64,000 bases of DNA from Octopus bimaculoides (GCF_001194135.2 NC_068994.1:36371767-36435766); one strand, 5' to 3'. Shown: positions 26,905 through 40,799, counted from the first letter of the stretch. Numbers and translations: made by a program. The notes: generated by a model not told the origin, from the sequence alone.

Positions 26905-27075
26905 TATGGCAACCTCACTAGTGCTGGTGACATGAAAAAGCACCCACCACATTTTGTAAAGTGGTTGTTGTTATGAAGGGCATACAGCCATAGAAACTAT
27001 ACCAAAACAGATAATGAAACCTGATGTAGTCTTGTGTCTGTCAGATCCTGTTGAACCATCCAAGTTATGCCAGCA
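26905..27075 (+). mobile_element. SINE with RTE-like 3' end (partial)
   Basis: AAAAAGCACCCACCACATTTTGTAAAGTGG...GAAGGGCATACAGCCATAGAAA...GTTATGCCAGCATGGAA, the reverse complement of the 24155 copy. Confidence 0.7.
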
Positions 27076-27244
27076 TGGAACAAGGACATTCCCAGACTGG
27101 GCTGTGTGTTGTATTCTTGAGCAAGACACTTTATTTCATGTTGCTCCAGTTCACTCAGCTGAAGAAACGAGTTGTGACATCACTGGTGCCAAGCTGTATC
27201 AGCTATTGCCTTTCCCTTGGATAACATTGGTGGCATGGCGACTG

Positions 27245-27541
27245 CTGGTCTTCTATAAAACAACCTTGCCTGGACTTGTGCTTCAGAAGGTAACTGCTTG
27301 TCATCCATCAGTGAGTAAGATCAATATTTTCCTCGGGGGTGGCAGTTGCAGGATAGTCAGACCTTGGGTCATCTTCAAGACTCACCTTTCCCCCCCTAAT
27401 TTCATCTGCCCGCTTTTGCATTGTTGATACAGTTGGAGCATCATCCCCTAATGTGACAGCTCTGTCAGCATCAATGTTATTGGGTACTAAACCATTTTTC
27501 TTCAGGTACTTGATACCACCATGATGTCAAATTTTGTCCAT
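27245..27541 (-). mobile_element. mariner transposase N-terminal relic
   Basis: MDKI*HHGGIKYLKKNGLVPNNIDADRAVTLGDDAPTVSTMQKRADEIRGGKVSLEDDPRSDYPATATPEENID, the mariner HTH region with the LEDDPRSGRP-like motif. ATG at 27541-27539. Confidence 0.88.
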
Positions 27542-27679
27542 TTTCAAGAAGTCACTACTAGTTACTTTTGAAGTTTTCTTTGAATAGTCAGATGTCAATT
27601 TACATGGAAAGAAACAATGCAGTTATTAAAAAGAAATGTTGAAATTAATGCATGCTAGATTTCACAGCTCTAGCATCAC

Positions 27680-28140
27680 TACTTCATTGTCCACCATCAT
27701 GGTCTGTTACATGAAGATCAGAAATATGAGGTGTGTCATATTGCTAAGCAGTGATCCTAAGAGAATTGAAAGGTCAGTAAAGAAAAGTGTGTATGGAACA
27801 CTTGTCTTCACTGACACATAGAAAAAGGTATGAATATGCTATGGAAGAATGAGGTAAATGCCTCAAAGAGAGAGAGAGAGAGAACAACCATAAGTAGTCT
27901 CAACCCAGAGACCTGCTATTGAAGTTGACAGCTGTACAGTCAAAAGTACAATTGAAGATATGAGAACAGGGAAGGCAGCTGGATGATTAGATGGAGTTGC
28001 TAAATTCTGAAAATCTCTGGCAAACTAGAACAGATGCTAGAGGGAAGTGTCATACCTAATGACTAGCATAGCAGTATTGTCAGCATCTGCTACAAGGACA
28101 AAGTAGATAAAAGAAAGTATCAAAGAATCATATTGATGGA
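27680..28140 (+). mobile_element. RTE-like LINE scraps
   Basis: RCVILLSSDPKRIER resembles RGIKLLSH.MK..ER. TVKSTIEDMRTGKAAG resembles AIK.MK.GKAPG. Confidence 0.4.
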
Positions 28141-31100
28141 CTAAGTTATAAAAAGCTACTTAGAGAATTAACCTTGATACGATCTAGCTTGGTTTGTGCC
28201 TTAAAGAGGTACTACTAATACTCTCTTCCTATTTGTGCTGTTTTGTTGTCGTTGGATGTGCAACAATAGCTTCTTGCTTATAGTGATTATTTAACCCAAT
28301 AATCAGCCCTGACTGAAGTTAACCAGAGGTGTTTCATCTGAGACAGTCTTATTGTTCTCTATGTCTGAGACTTCACTATTAAATATGTTCTTCCTTGTAC
28401 TTTTGTTTTAAGATGATAGGGTGTAGTTTAAAACAAAAATTGGCTGCTATCTTCAGCAATTTCAATATCTGAATAGAAACTTCTTTGTTGGCTCCTTGTT
28501 ATAGATGCATGACCATCTAGTGAGAAATATAGCTGCTAGAGTGAATAAATTTAAGATGTTCATGTTTGCATTAGAATTAGTATATGACGTTAGTCATCTG
28601 ACTGAAGATTATTCAGTAGCTTGCAGGCTTGTGGTTTGTAGTGATAATAAGAAGTTTAATATATGTATTTCTGCAATATATTAATAATGCTAATGCAGTA
28701 GTATCTCACATTTGTAATGTTGGGAGTTGAAAGACTTTGAGCAACTGGCAATATTCAAGTAATTAGTAGACAAAAACTCCCTCTAGTTTTGCTTAAAACC
28801 TAAAACCAACTAGTGAGGGAAATAATTCCCAAAAGATCAGCTGACACTATAGACAATGGACACTATAGACAATGTAGATTAGAATGGATTTGGACTTTTA
28901 AGCTAATGGGTGAAAGCAGTGCAGTTTTGCTGAATAGAATATGTTTCACTGATGAGTCTAATAAGATAGAAATATATATGTTGCTTTCACTATTTGGTTT
29001 CAAAGATGAAGATTGGAATAGATCTTGTTTGTTTATATTGTTCAAAGATTTTAGTGAACTGATCTTATCAGAATTATCTCCTTTGTTTCTTTGTAAAGTT
29101 TAAACATCTCAAGTGGGATATTTTATCTACTAATTTCTGTGATAATACTATAGCTGTTTTCAGATTTTCATCTCAAATTTTCATCTATATTATATCATAT
29201 TTATATAGAGCATACAGTATTCCTCTTAGACATTTATTCCTAACAAGTGTCACTTATATTCCCACTATTTCTGTAAATATATTGTAAAAACCCATGTAAT
29301 TTATGCACTTTTTTTTCACAAAAATAAAAATAAACTTTAGTGGGTGAGTAAATTACATGAGCTGATTGTTTCCAGAATTTTTTTGAAATTTTTTTTGTTG
29401 AAAAAAGATGTACAAAATGTAAACATTCGTACTGGAAGTTGACTTATTTAATGTCAGAATAGGTTTTTACAGAACAAAGTAATATCTTAAATATAATGAA
29501 GTTGACTTTTAATTATGCTGGACAGTATAATGCTTACTTTTTCTGTATAAATTTACTAAAACCATTAAATGTTTAATACTTTTTGAAGTCTGACATTCAT
29601 GGTGGTAAACACAGTCCTGGCCATATTTTACATTGCTTAGAGTTTCTACCTATTGCAATAAAGCACCATTGACATACATAGTGATATGGATATTCCTGAC
29701 TGAAAAAAATGTAATGATATGGATAATCTTGATATATATTTTTACTTTGGCCGTTTATTACTAGGCGCAGTTTTAAGTTTGTTGTACTGTTTACACTAAT
29801 TTCGAACATTAGCTTCATTAACATTAAAATGCCTTCTGGCAGCTCTATTACCACGTTCAAATGTATATTCAACATATTTAATTTCTCCTTCGCAGTAAAC
29901 GATTCATAAGTTCTGCCCATACTGACAATAATGGTAATGACAAATTTTTAAGTTTGCTTGACATTTTATAAGTGAGAAAGGGATTAAAATTCCAATACTC
30001 CATATCAAAGGTTCCAACAAGAATAGGCAGAAAAGAATGCTGTTCACATAATCAGTTTGATCGGTCACCTTCCTCTGTCGGTTGAGTAAAGTGTTATCCA
30101 AGCTGATGTTTATTGGTAATTAAACTTAATATGCAACACCTGTGCGCATTTACCAGCATTGCTTTTGTTGATAATTCTTATCAACAGCTTTTCCTGTGAT
30201 CATGATTTAAGAAGACATACAGCAGTATGCTAAAGATCAGACATAATCTCTTGTGGGCAAGAAATGTAAAATAAAGTTTATTAATGACAACACAAACACT
30301 TTGTAATTTAATAGCTTTCAATGTCAGTGTCTGTTAAACAGAAATTATTTTTATTTGATGAAAATTTTATAAAATCTAATCAAAAGTATGTGAAATTAAG
30401 CTAAATACAACTAAATTGAAAGCCTTTTTCACCTGGCTATATCGGCAATTCTGAAAACTTTTGGGTGCAAATTTTACATGAGTATAAGCATTTTTTAACA
30501 AATTTTATCTTGAAAATCACCTTCATAAATTACATAGGTGCACAAATTACATAGGTTTTTACGGTATATATTAGTTACTTTTACATGTGCTGACTATGTA
30601 GAAAATGATTCACTGGGGAGATTTAATTATACTCAATCATGTTGTTTTCACTTGTTAACTTTAAAGATCAGACCCACTTTAGCTTTCATTGTTTATAAGG
30701 TTCGAATATTTGAAATGTCTGATGCTATTGGAATTACCTATCTTGATTGTTACTTTTAGATCTTTCTCATTTGCTTTGTTAAAGATTTTAAACGTCACCA
30801 AAATGGGGTCTTGTCTTTTAACTGCTTGGATTATATCAGTTGATAACAGTTTTCATAACTCACTATATTATATATTCCACATCCTACTGGCCTTGTATTT
30901 AGTGTGTAGAACACCCTTCTGAGGTATTTCCCCTCAGCTATATTGTTAAGCTAGATTATGATTGGCTATGATGCAGGTTGTGTTTTGTTTCATGAAATTT
31001 TTGTTGTTAAACAAATAAATATTGGTTGACTTTTCTTTGGTGTTATGTGTAATGTATAATTTGGTCTGTTAAGTTTTCTATTATCAATTATTGCCTTTTC

Positions 31101-31380
31101 TATTCTATTTAATTTTAATTTGGGCTACTGGTGCTGTGCTGAACAGGAATTTCATAACCAGGGTTTTATATATGTATTGATATTCCTTATATTTATATAT
31201 AGAGAGCTATTTATGAATGATTTTAGTGTATACTGATGTATTCTTCTAAAGAAATATCCTATTCCTACATTTACATCTGGAGTTATTGACACATCTAAAT
31301 CTCTATTTACTTTGTTCTGTTGTTGTTTATCCCACATCAGCCTTGATCCAGTAAACTATAATCAAGTGTTCTCACAGTGA

Positions 31381-31745
31381 CAGTCCTATATTTTCATGAT
31401 TTAAATTATTTACATTTGACAGATATTTGTCCTCATCTTGTTTGTTGTTAATACAACATTTCGGCTGTTGTACCCTCCAGCCTTCATCAGGTGTCTTGAG
31501 GAAATTTCGAATCTGGGTTCTCATTCCTAAGATATTTTTTGATGTTATTATTATTATTTTATTATTATTATTATTCAGGTCACTGCCTGGAATCGAACTC
31601 AGAATTTTGGGGTTAGTAGCCCACGCTCTTAACCACTACGTCATATGCCCGTGGGCACCTTATGAAGGCTGGAGTGTATATCAGCTGAAACAAACAAGAT
31701 GAGGACAAGTGTAAATAATTCCTCATCTCTTAAATATAGAAATGT
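31381..31745 (-). mobile_element. composite element: tRNA-like head, (AAT)n and a Penelope-type terminal repeat with a hammerhead-like core, plus an inverted second terminal repeat
   Basis: Minus-strand tRNA-like head at 31649-31575 (TGACGTAGTGGTT A-box, GAGTTCGATTCC B-box). CTGATGA-A-GGCTG...CAGCC-GAAA at 31490-31459. Inverted degenerate copy on the plus strand at 31656-31745. Confidence 0.7.
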
Positions 31746-33849
31746 AGTCCTATATTTTGTTTCAAACCAAGTGTTTCTAATGTGCCTTTCAAATGTATGA
31801 TTTGAGGTAGGTTTGAATAAACTTGTGTGTCTGATCACAATGAAGATATCATCCACATGCTTAGTGCAAATTGTGGATATGTATTTGGCTATGACGTTAA
31901 GATATATATTGGCCATAGTATAACTGTATTATATTATGAACCTATTGTCTATGCTGGCTACAGTGTGACACTATTGTCCATATTGTCCATACAATGACCT
32001 TATGATATCATTTATGTTTGCAATACAGAATACCAGAAACTTCTTGGTGGAAAATTAAGGGAATGATGTGCAGTAGTTTTCATAAGTGTTTCTTAAGTAT
32101 AGTGGCTGGTTTCAGTTCCTAGTTTTAAAATTTTCCTTCTATATCATAAAATTTAAATTAGTATATTACATTAGTCGTATAACAGAAAAATATTCAATCA
32201 GATAATTAAACATACTGAGTTGTCTTAAGATACTGCTAAGAACTCATCTAATGCAGCATACCTCACCAGTATATACTATTTAATGCTATTTAAATGATTT
32301 TCAAACTAATTTCTTGTTGATTTTATTTAGGAAATTAAGGGATAGAGAGAGCTGTGTCATTTATAGATTTTACAGTTCTATAGACATAAAAGTAGGTTAT
32401 TTATATATTGTCTTTCCCTTTGGTAGTGTGGAATAGTTCCTTGTTGTGTGTTTGCAGCAGTAATTAATTTAAGCTTCATTTTTAATTGCAAAATTTTACT
32501 TATCATAATCTTTATGGATTTTCTGCTACCTTTTAATAGATTGTTAATTTTTGTCATGTTTCCATCTTTGTTCATAATAATGAATAAATTGCTCTTATCG
32601 CTTTTGCATATTAACATTTTATAGTTGTTTTCCAGGTCTTTCAGAACTAGTGAGTTTCAGATTAAGTGCTTTTTTTATGGCTATGTGTATCTGTGTATAA
32701 TGCTTTCAACTTAGAATAAGCTTTTAAGTTTATTATCTATTTTAATTGTTTTTTTCTTTTTGTTTTGTTTTTCTTTTATCTCGGTTGGTAGACTAGTTCA
32801 AGTTGAACTCTCTTTCAATTTTAGTCTATTTCCTTAGTAAGTGAAAGTATCAAAGTTGAGAAAGGAAATTTGATCTTGAATCGGCCTGTCATGTGAAGGG
32901 TTAACAAATTTATCTTCCTACTTGGCAGTACGATTCACATTGTAGAAACTGTTAAACTTTTTCTTTACATTATATGCATCTTATTTTCCATGAAAGGGAT
33001 GTTTGTAAATTATCAATAGCTATGAGAATATTATTAATAAATGTTTATTATTTAGTGATTTGCTGTTGTCTTTCCTTAGATGTATAATTTCCACTTGTGG
33101 TTTTTCTATCTTCTATGCTAAGTTTATTTGGCTTTCAATAATTTGTCTGAATCCTATAGTGCACTGTTGATGTATGTTTTGTCATAACATTTTTTTTTCT
33201 TTTGTGTATAAAGGAATAAGTTTTTAAAAAAAATATATGCTTTTAAAAGCACAGCCAATTCTCACTAATGGGAAAGTCTTGAAACATTGATGGACCAAAG
33301 AAATGTATTGTTCCAGTTAAAACATAAAGCACAAAGAAGGAACAATAAAAAAACCCACTTTAATTAAAAAAGTTAAAACTGGAGCATAGTCATGTTTTCT
33401 GGAACACACACATGTGCATATACACACACACACATGCGCACACACACACGCGCGCGCGCACACACACGCCTGCTTACAATGTCTCATTAACTCTCTCTCT
33501 CTCTCACAAACATGAAGTCTGGTTTCTGTCCAATTAGAACTGAAGAATGCTATTTGTTCCATGATTCATTGATATTCTGCAAGAAGAGAAAATTCCTATT
33601 ATCATTAAAATAGATCATCTTACAAACCACGATTCATTGAAAATGATCTTGAGAAATAAATTGAACGTAAATGTCAAATGAAATAATTAAGGATAGATAA
33701 GATGTTAGAAATTCTGACTGCCTTAGGTGCAGCATTGTCAACTACTATCACGTAAATCAAACTGATATGGTCATCTCCCTCATATAATATGCTGTTATCT
33801 TAAAAAAAAGGGAGGACATGTCAGACAAAGTAGTCCTGGATTCTCTATG

Positions 33850-34290
33850 ATTAGTTTCAGTCATTTGACTGCAGCCATGCTGGGGCACTGCCTGGAAGAG
33901 TTTTAATGAAATAAATTGCTCCTAGTTCTAATTTTTAGTCTGGTACATATTCTATTTGTCTCTTATTCTGAACCATTAAGTCATGAGACCATGAACAAAT
34001 CAACATCAATCATCAAGTGATGGGGAAAGAGGGACAAACACGAAAAACACACACAGACATGCATACATGCATGTGCGTGTGTGCACAACCATACACACAC
34101 ACAAACATACACATTCACACAAATACACATACACACACATCCATGCATGATGTGCTTCTACACAGTTTCTGTCTACCAAATTCACCCTTAAGGCATTGGT
34201 CAGCCTGTACAACATGTTGAGCTACACTTGCCCAACATGCTGAACAGTAGGACTGAACCCAAATTTCCTAACCACAATGCCATGCCAGAA
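33850..34290 (-). mobile_element. tRNA-head SINE (family of the 52963 copy), degenerate
   Basis: TTTCAGTCATTTGACTGCAGCCATGCTGGGGCACTGCC (3' end) through CACTTGCCCAAC...GGACTGAACCC (head), with an internal (CA)n tract. Confidence 0.8.
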
Positions 34291-36334
34291 TATATTTTAA
34301 AAAAAACTAAAAGAAAAAAATTAACATGGTTGTTATTAACATGGTTTGATCATTGGATCTCAGCTAGGGCCAAAACAAAAGCTATGTAATTTAAATAATA
34401 TAAAGAAAGGTAAATTGATTTAGATTTAAGTTAATGGAATTAATATTAAAAGTTGATATAGCAACTCTCTGATTATTTTATAAGCAAAATAAGAGTTGAA
34501 AGATGGATAAAAGACATAGAAACATAAATGAATATTTTCTGAAATATATGTTGCATATACACTAATCAAAAAACATATATTTAAAGACCTTCACACTTTT
34601 TATATCAACCTGCATAAGTCCATTTTTGGTTCTACAATACATCCTCCTGTTTTATTTAACAACCTTCTGTCAAGTCATTTTACAAACATCAGCTTATTAA
34701 TGAAAATTAGTTATTTTTACCAAAACCTCCCCAAATTCTTGACTATTTTCAAATTTAATTGAAAGATATATAGATTGTAATAAGCATTATCAACCACATA
34801 TATTCAATGTACATGCCATATGTACCTGCTGGTAGGCTGTGATTTGGCATGGTGGACAACATGCTCTTAAAGCGTCAGATGCCAAAACACCTGAAAGTCA
34901 TGGACAGACAAGACAACTCACCTCTAATTCCATCAGACAATATGGACATCAGTGTTTCACTATTTTTGTGGCTTATCAAAATCAGATACCCGAACAGGAT
35001 TGGAGATGACTCACATCACCAGTCCACAACTTATATGCATATAGCATGCAAACTATGTGGGAGTATGCATACATTAGAATGAATCCAAATATGAAAGAGA
35101 AACTTCTATTTCATATTTGAATATAGATTGTATTTTAGTAGAAAAAAAATTGTAATGAAATGGTTAAGAATATTTTGACAATGCTTTTGTCTCTTTTGTT
35201 TGGTAAAGTACTGGTTATAATACATTGAATCAGTTATATGGGACTAGAAATTCATGTGGAGTATTACAAAGCAATTTATTATCCAAGTAGAATTAATTCT
35301 GTAAGTAGAGAATAAAGTTGGAAGAACAAGCTCAAACAAAAGGACCTGAATATGTACAATATGAAGTTAATAATATGATTCTTTAAAGGATAAATGAGTA
35401 AAGGAAAAAGCTATTCTCAAAATGCAAGAACGAACATGTGGTATAGACTGAACAGTCTGTCAAAACACATCTGGTTCAGTAGAGAGTCAGTCTGGCAGAT
35501 AGGAAGCTAATGTTCTAATTTAGCTACATGCATGTACTTTGAATATATCAGGATAGGTTAGGAACATGCTGTCCAACCCAAGATAAAACAATAGCAAGTT
35601 TATAGATTTTTTTAGAATGATAATAGTAGTGGTGACAGGAGTAGCAAGGAGGTAGAGGAGAAGGAGGACACTTGTTATGAATTTGAGAATGACTGTTTTG
35701 GTAAAAGAGTACATTGAAATGCTAAGCAAAAATGTATTAAATTTGTGAATGGCTGCAAGAAATGAAAAGAGTATACTCTCCCTTTATGTCTGTGAAATGT
35801 CAGAAGTAGCAGATGACTGAGATGTGAAAGTGAACGAGAAATGGAAACAGATGAAGTCAACAGTAGAAGTGATTTAATTTAAGTTTGTGTGTAAAGAGTG
35901 GCATGCTATATGGTCATCATAGAGTCGACAATCCTAAGGGATATGTGGCTGAGAGAAGTGAAAAATATGGTGGAAAAATATGTTGAGTTGATGGAAGAAT
36001 ACAATGGTGTGGGCAGAGCTGTGGACAGTAAAGACTGCATATAGGACTAACTATTGAGAGGTGAGTTTGGGTTTTGGATATAGTTGAAAGTGGAGACATA
36101 TTTGTGGTGTGTGTTGGATAGTACAGAAGTTGGTAAGAAATATTAGAAAAGATACTTCAGGGGGCATCTCAATGTAATACCTACCAGCAACCAGAGATGC
36201 ACAGTATTTAAATGGCTAAAATATCAATTAGGGCTGGTGATTCACTGATACGTAGCAAGAAACTTCATTTGTTGATATTTTATAAGCTTTTGTATAACAA
36301 AAGAAGCCACAATAATAATAATAATCGATTTTTA

Positions 36335-36975
36335 GGCAGAATCGTTAGCATGCTGGGCAAAATGCTCAGTGGCATTTTGTCCATCTTTATATTCTGAGTT
36401 CAAATTCCTGCGAGGTCGACTTTGCCTTTCATCCTTTCGAGAGCGATAAGTTAAGTACCAGTCAAGTATTGGAGTTGATGTAACTGACTTTCTCCTCCCA
36501 CAAAATTTCAGGCCTTGTGCCTGTAGTAGAAAGGATTATTATTATTATTATGGTGAGCTAGCAGAATCATTAGCACTCCGGGTAAAATGCTTAACAGTAT
36601 TTTGTCTGCTGCTATGTTCTGAGTTCAAATTCTGCCGAGGTTGACTTTACTTTTCATCCTTTCGAGGTCGATCAATTAATTTCCAGTCAATGTGATTGAC
36701 TGCCCCCTCCCCAGAAAAATCCAGGCCTTGTGCCTATAGTAGAAAGTATTATTGTTATAATTGTTATTAGAATGCTAATAGATTGGTAGAATTGAAAGAG
36801 TAGTAAACAAAATGTTTAGCAGTATTTCTTTATAGCTCTTTATATTTCAAGTTCAATAGTTAACTTTGCTTTTCATATTTTTGGGGTAAAAAAAATTCAT
36901 ATACCAGTGAACTACAGGGATTAATATAGTTGATTAACCGCCTCCCTTCAAAATAGTTGACCTTGTATCTAGGAG
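36335..36975 (+). mobile_element. tandem array of three (TTA)-tailed tRNA-derived SINEs
   Basis: Units at ~36335-36535, ~36552-36746, ~36775-36975 with GGCAGAAT (A-box), GAGTTCAAATTC (B-box), GACTTTGCCTTTCATCC core and GGCCTTGTGCCT.TAGTAGAAAG end. The third unit is more decayed. Confidence 0.9.
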
Positions 36976-37859
36976 AAAGCTCCATCAAAAGTTTTATAAT
37001 TTATTTGGTGTTAAGTTATTTTCTTTCAGTTTGTAAGCAAGAGATTTTTGTAACTTTTGCTCATGTACCCTATTAGCTGGGTTAAAAGAAACAGCAGTCT
37101 TGTAGACATATATTATGTCTTTGAAATATTTCTTGGTTTACTCGTTTCCAAGATGCTTTCTTTTTTTCTAAGTAGTTGTAAAAGATGCTACCTTGAATAA
37201 CTAATAAAGAGATGCTGGATTATCTGAACAAACTGAAGTGAGATTTGGAGAGTGATGAGCTGATTGGGAAAATAGGGTCATATTTTGTTTAACACTTAAA
37301 AGACAGACTGCTTGTAAGAAACAAATTAGTAGTCTGCTCATGGTCAAGACAGGACTTGAGCTTAGCTGAACACCAAGAATGCTTTCAGGAGTACTGCAAT
37401 TAAATACTGGGAGAAAAGTTAGTTGATATAAAAGAGTGTCCTGAACTACCCTAAATGGCAGCATCTCATTAGGTTACCCTTATTTGTTAATATTTTATTT
37501 CATATATATTTATTTTGTTTATCTGTATTTACCAATTTGTTGTCGTAATATATTGTGTAATGCTTTTCTCTCAGCCTCTCACTTTTATATAAATTGCGTT
37601 ATCCCTGTATATCTAGTAATCCCATTGTAATACGTTGTAGTATGAATGGACACTGGTGGCAAATAGAATGAAGGTGTTGGATATTATTGAAGGTGTTGGA
37701 TAACATCATCTACTGAGAGCTGGACATACTAAGTTATGTCTTTATATTATAAGTTTAAATGTTGACAAGGTTGATTCAGCTTTTCAACCTTATGAGATCA
37801 ATAAAATAAGTACTTGTCAAGTTAATTTTATTGACTATTTCTCACCTAAATCAGAGAGC

Positions 37860-38285
37860 ATATTATTATTATTGCTGCATTAGATTAGCAGATTGGTTGA
37901 GTGGCACATGAAATACCTTCATCCTTTTAAATTCTGAGTTCACCAACCACTGATGTCAGTTTTGCCTTTCATCCTCCCAGAGTAGATACACTAAGTATCA
38001 TTCAAGTATTTCTGTCAATCTAATCATCTCTTCCTGCCCCAATATCTGTAGCCTCATACTTATATTAAAATCTATTATTGTTAAGGCAGTGGAGTGGAAG
38101 AAGCAACAGGTGCAGCAAACTAAATTTTAAAAAGTATTTAGTTATATCCATTTCATTTCTGAGTTCAAACTTCACCAAAGTGGACTATATCTTTCATTGC
38201 ACTTGGGTTGATAAGAAAAAGTTATCAGTTTAGTACTGTTGTCAGCTACACCATTACCCAAGACATGTGTGACATTGTGCCATGA
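37860..38285 (+). mobile_element. two older copies of the (TTA)-tailed SINE
   Basis: TTCTGAGTTCA...TTTGCCTTTCATCC cores at ~37932 and ~38157. Confidence 0.7.
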
Positions 38286-38519
38286 ACTTTTATTCTTTTA
38301 TACAGTGAAGATGACTGCTGGAAAGTAAAATGTTTTTTCTTTCTCATCAGATCAGATGACAGCAAGTAGAAACTATTTTTAGAATAATGGCTGCTTCAAG
38401 CAATGTAGGAATTCATATGGTGTTGATATTTTTTTGCAAAGGCCATGCTGGCTGTGACTACTTTTGGTGCAATATTTGTGCTTACCTACATGATTGCTTT
38501 AACCTAACTTCTGACTACT

Positions 38520-38880
38520 CATCGTCATCATCATATGCCTGTTTTTCATGCTGGCATGGGTTGGACAATTTGACAGGAGCTGGCAAGGCCAGGATCTGCA
38601 CCAGATTCCATTGTCTGTTTTGGCTTGGCTTCTGTGGCTGGATACCCTTCCTAACACTAACCACTCCACAAGTGTATTGAGTGCTTTTTATGTGGGACCA
38701 TTATTACAGGTGCTTTTAACATGGTACCAACAGAGTGTACTGTAAGCTTTTTACATGGCACTAGCACCAGTGCTTTTTATGTGGAACCAGCATCAGTGTT
38801 TTTTACATGGAACCAGTACCTATGTTTTTTACATGGAACCAGTACCTATGTTTTTTACATGGAACCAGTACCTATGCTTT
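38520..38880 (-). mobile_element. RTE-tail SINE with internal 26-bp minisatellite
   Basis: CATGCTGGCATGGGTTGGACAATTTGACAGG...CCCTTCCTAACACTAACC, followed by TTTTTTACATGGAACCAGTACCTATG three times (38799-38876). Confidence 0.85.
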
Positions 38881-40585
38881 TTGGCCTTAACATCATGTTA
38901 CTGAGAATGTAAAGGGACATAGCCAAATTCCAAAATGCATCGTATTTGGAACTCACTTCTCCCATATCCAAGCAGATAATTGTGTAAAGAAAACCCTATA
39001 AAGAAGAAAAAAAAAAAAAAGATCATCACCAGTGCTTTTTACGTGAGTGGTAGGGCCTTCTTGAGTACAGCAATGCACCATATTTCTTGCTCTTTTTTAA
39101 ATTCATTTGTAAGACTCAGCTTTTAGAGATTGGCCTTCAGTACTTCATTTTGTGTCCCCCTCTTCTACAACTTCCACCCACTTCAAGTGATCAGCTCTTG
39201 TTTATGCCATTATCCTCATCCTAATGCACCACATAACCAAACCAGTGCAGTCTTCTCTCTTGCATGCTGCTCCTAATTCCTCTTGTGTCTAAATTTTCTC
39301 TCAATACACTAGCGCTCAGTCACACATGTACACAGACATCGCACATCCAGCAGAGCATACCAGCTTTGTTCTTCTCAAGTCTTGGCATGTCCTCTACATT
39401 CAGAGCCCACATCTCTCTTAAGCAATATTATGGTCTCCACTTGCATCACTGTTGATTATATAAATTTTTTTGCTTCTTTATTAATGTCTCAGGGTTTTCT
39501 TTGCACAATTATCTGCTTGGATATGGGAGAAGTGAGTGCCAAATACAATGTATTTTGGAATTTGGTTATGTCCCTTTACATTCTCAGTAACATGTTGTTA
39601 AGGTCAACTTCCATCTTTCTATGGGTGATAAAAGACCTGTCAGTAGGTACAGAGGTAGAATTGATTGAAGATACCACCAAAGTAATGTAAGCCTAAGTTA
39701 GAAAATATTATCATACTAATAACAGAGTACTTCTGTTGGAAGCCAGCAAGTTACTACTGTTGAGAAATCCTCAGTAATTAAATTCAAACAACTAGAAAAA
39801 AATGAGAATAAAAATGAGTTGGTTATATGAACGTTTGCTTGGCCATACAGAAAAATACTGGATAGCCAACCAAATATTGTAATAAAAAATAAAGGAAGAA
39901 GTTGAGTAGAATAATTGATATATCATGTACTTTAGAGAAATGTATCTTTAAAAGAAACTGAAAAGTTTTCAAAATATAATAACTTAGACATAGCAAGATT
40001 GTGTGACGTGGATACTGCTTTAGATCCTATAGAAATGGGAATGTACTGAGTAACGATGAATGATATGTAAATATAAAAAAGAAAGTAGATAGCTATCTAG
40101 CATCACATAACTTAAGAATTAGAAAAAAATTGTACTTTTAGGAAGTATTTATATTAAAAAAAAAATCATCTCAAAAGGATGAAAAATAAGCAAAGAAAGC
40201 AACAGCAAGAATAACGAACAATTCTACACAATCAGTGGTTATTGTGCACCAGAATGATACCTGCATATTACTCACACATGCATGCACACATACACGCACA
40301 TGCACACATACACACACACACACACACGCACGCACACACTACCACTGACAGTGACAACAATGACTTTCAAATAGCAAGGATGGGGGAGAACTCCTGCATG
40401 GTTGCTTTTCCAACACACAAGATTTATATACAAAATCCAGTGTGGCATACAAGAAAGAAAATAATAAACAATAATGTCTTTTATTTGTTTCAATAGCAAC
40501 AAAGAGACAACGCTACAATTCAATTCATTTCAGAACAATACAATGTAACTGAGAACAATACAATGCCATAGAAATATATGAATAT

Positions 40586-40756
40586 NNNNNNNNNNNNNNN
40601 NNNNNNNNNNNNNNNNNNNNNNNNNNNNNNNNNNNNNNNNNNNNNNNNNNNNNNNNNNNNNNNNNNNNNNNNNNNNNNNNNNNNNNNNNNNNNNNNNNNN
40701 NNNNNNNNNNNNNNNNNNNNNNNNNNNNNNNNNNNNNNNNNNNNNNNNNNNNNNNN
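40586..40756. other. assembly gap flanked by (TA)/(CA) repeats
   Basis: Run of N. Confidence 1.
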
Positions 40757-40799
40757 TATATATATATATACATATATATGCGCACACACATAATTATTT

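Noticed and set aside
27014-27427. 137-aa plus-strand ORF and minus-strand donor AAG/GTGAGT at ~27387
   Set aside because: The ORF is a chimera of SINE sequence and antisense mariner; the donor lies inside the transposase relic.
28949-28972. CTGATGAG...GAAA hammerhead-like string
   Set aside because: Stem II is out of register and there is no stem I or III.
31575-31649. tRNA gene
   Set aside because: A and B boxes are present but I could not fold a convincing cloverleaf, and it is fused to a repeat tail; treated as a SINE head.
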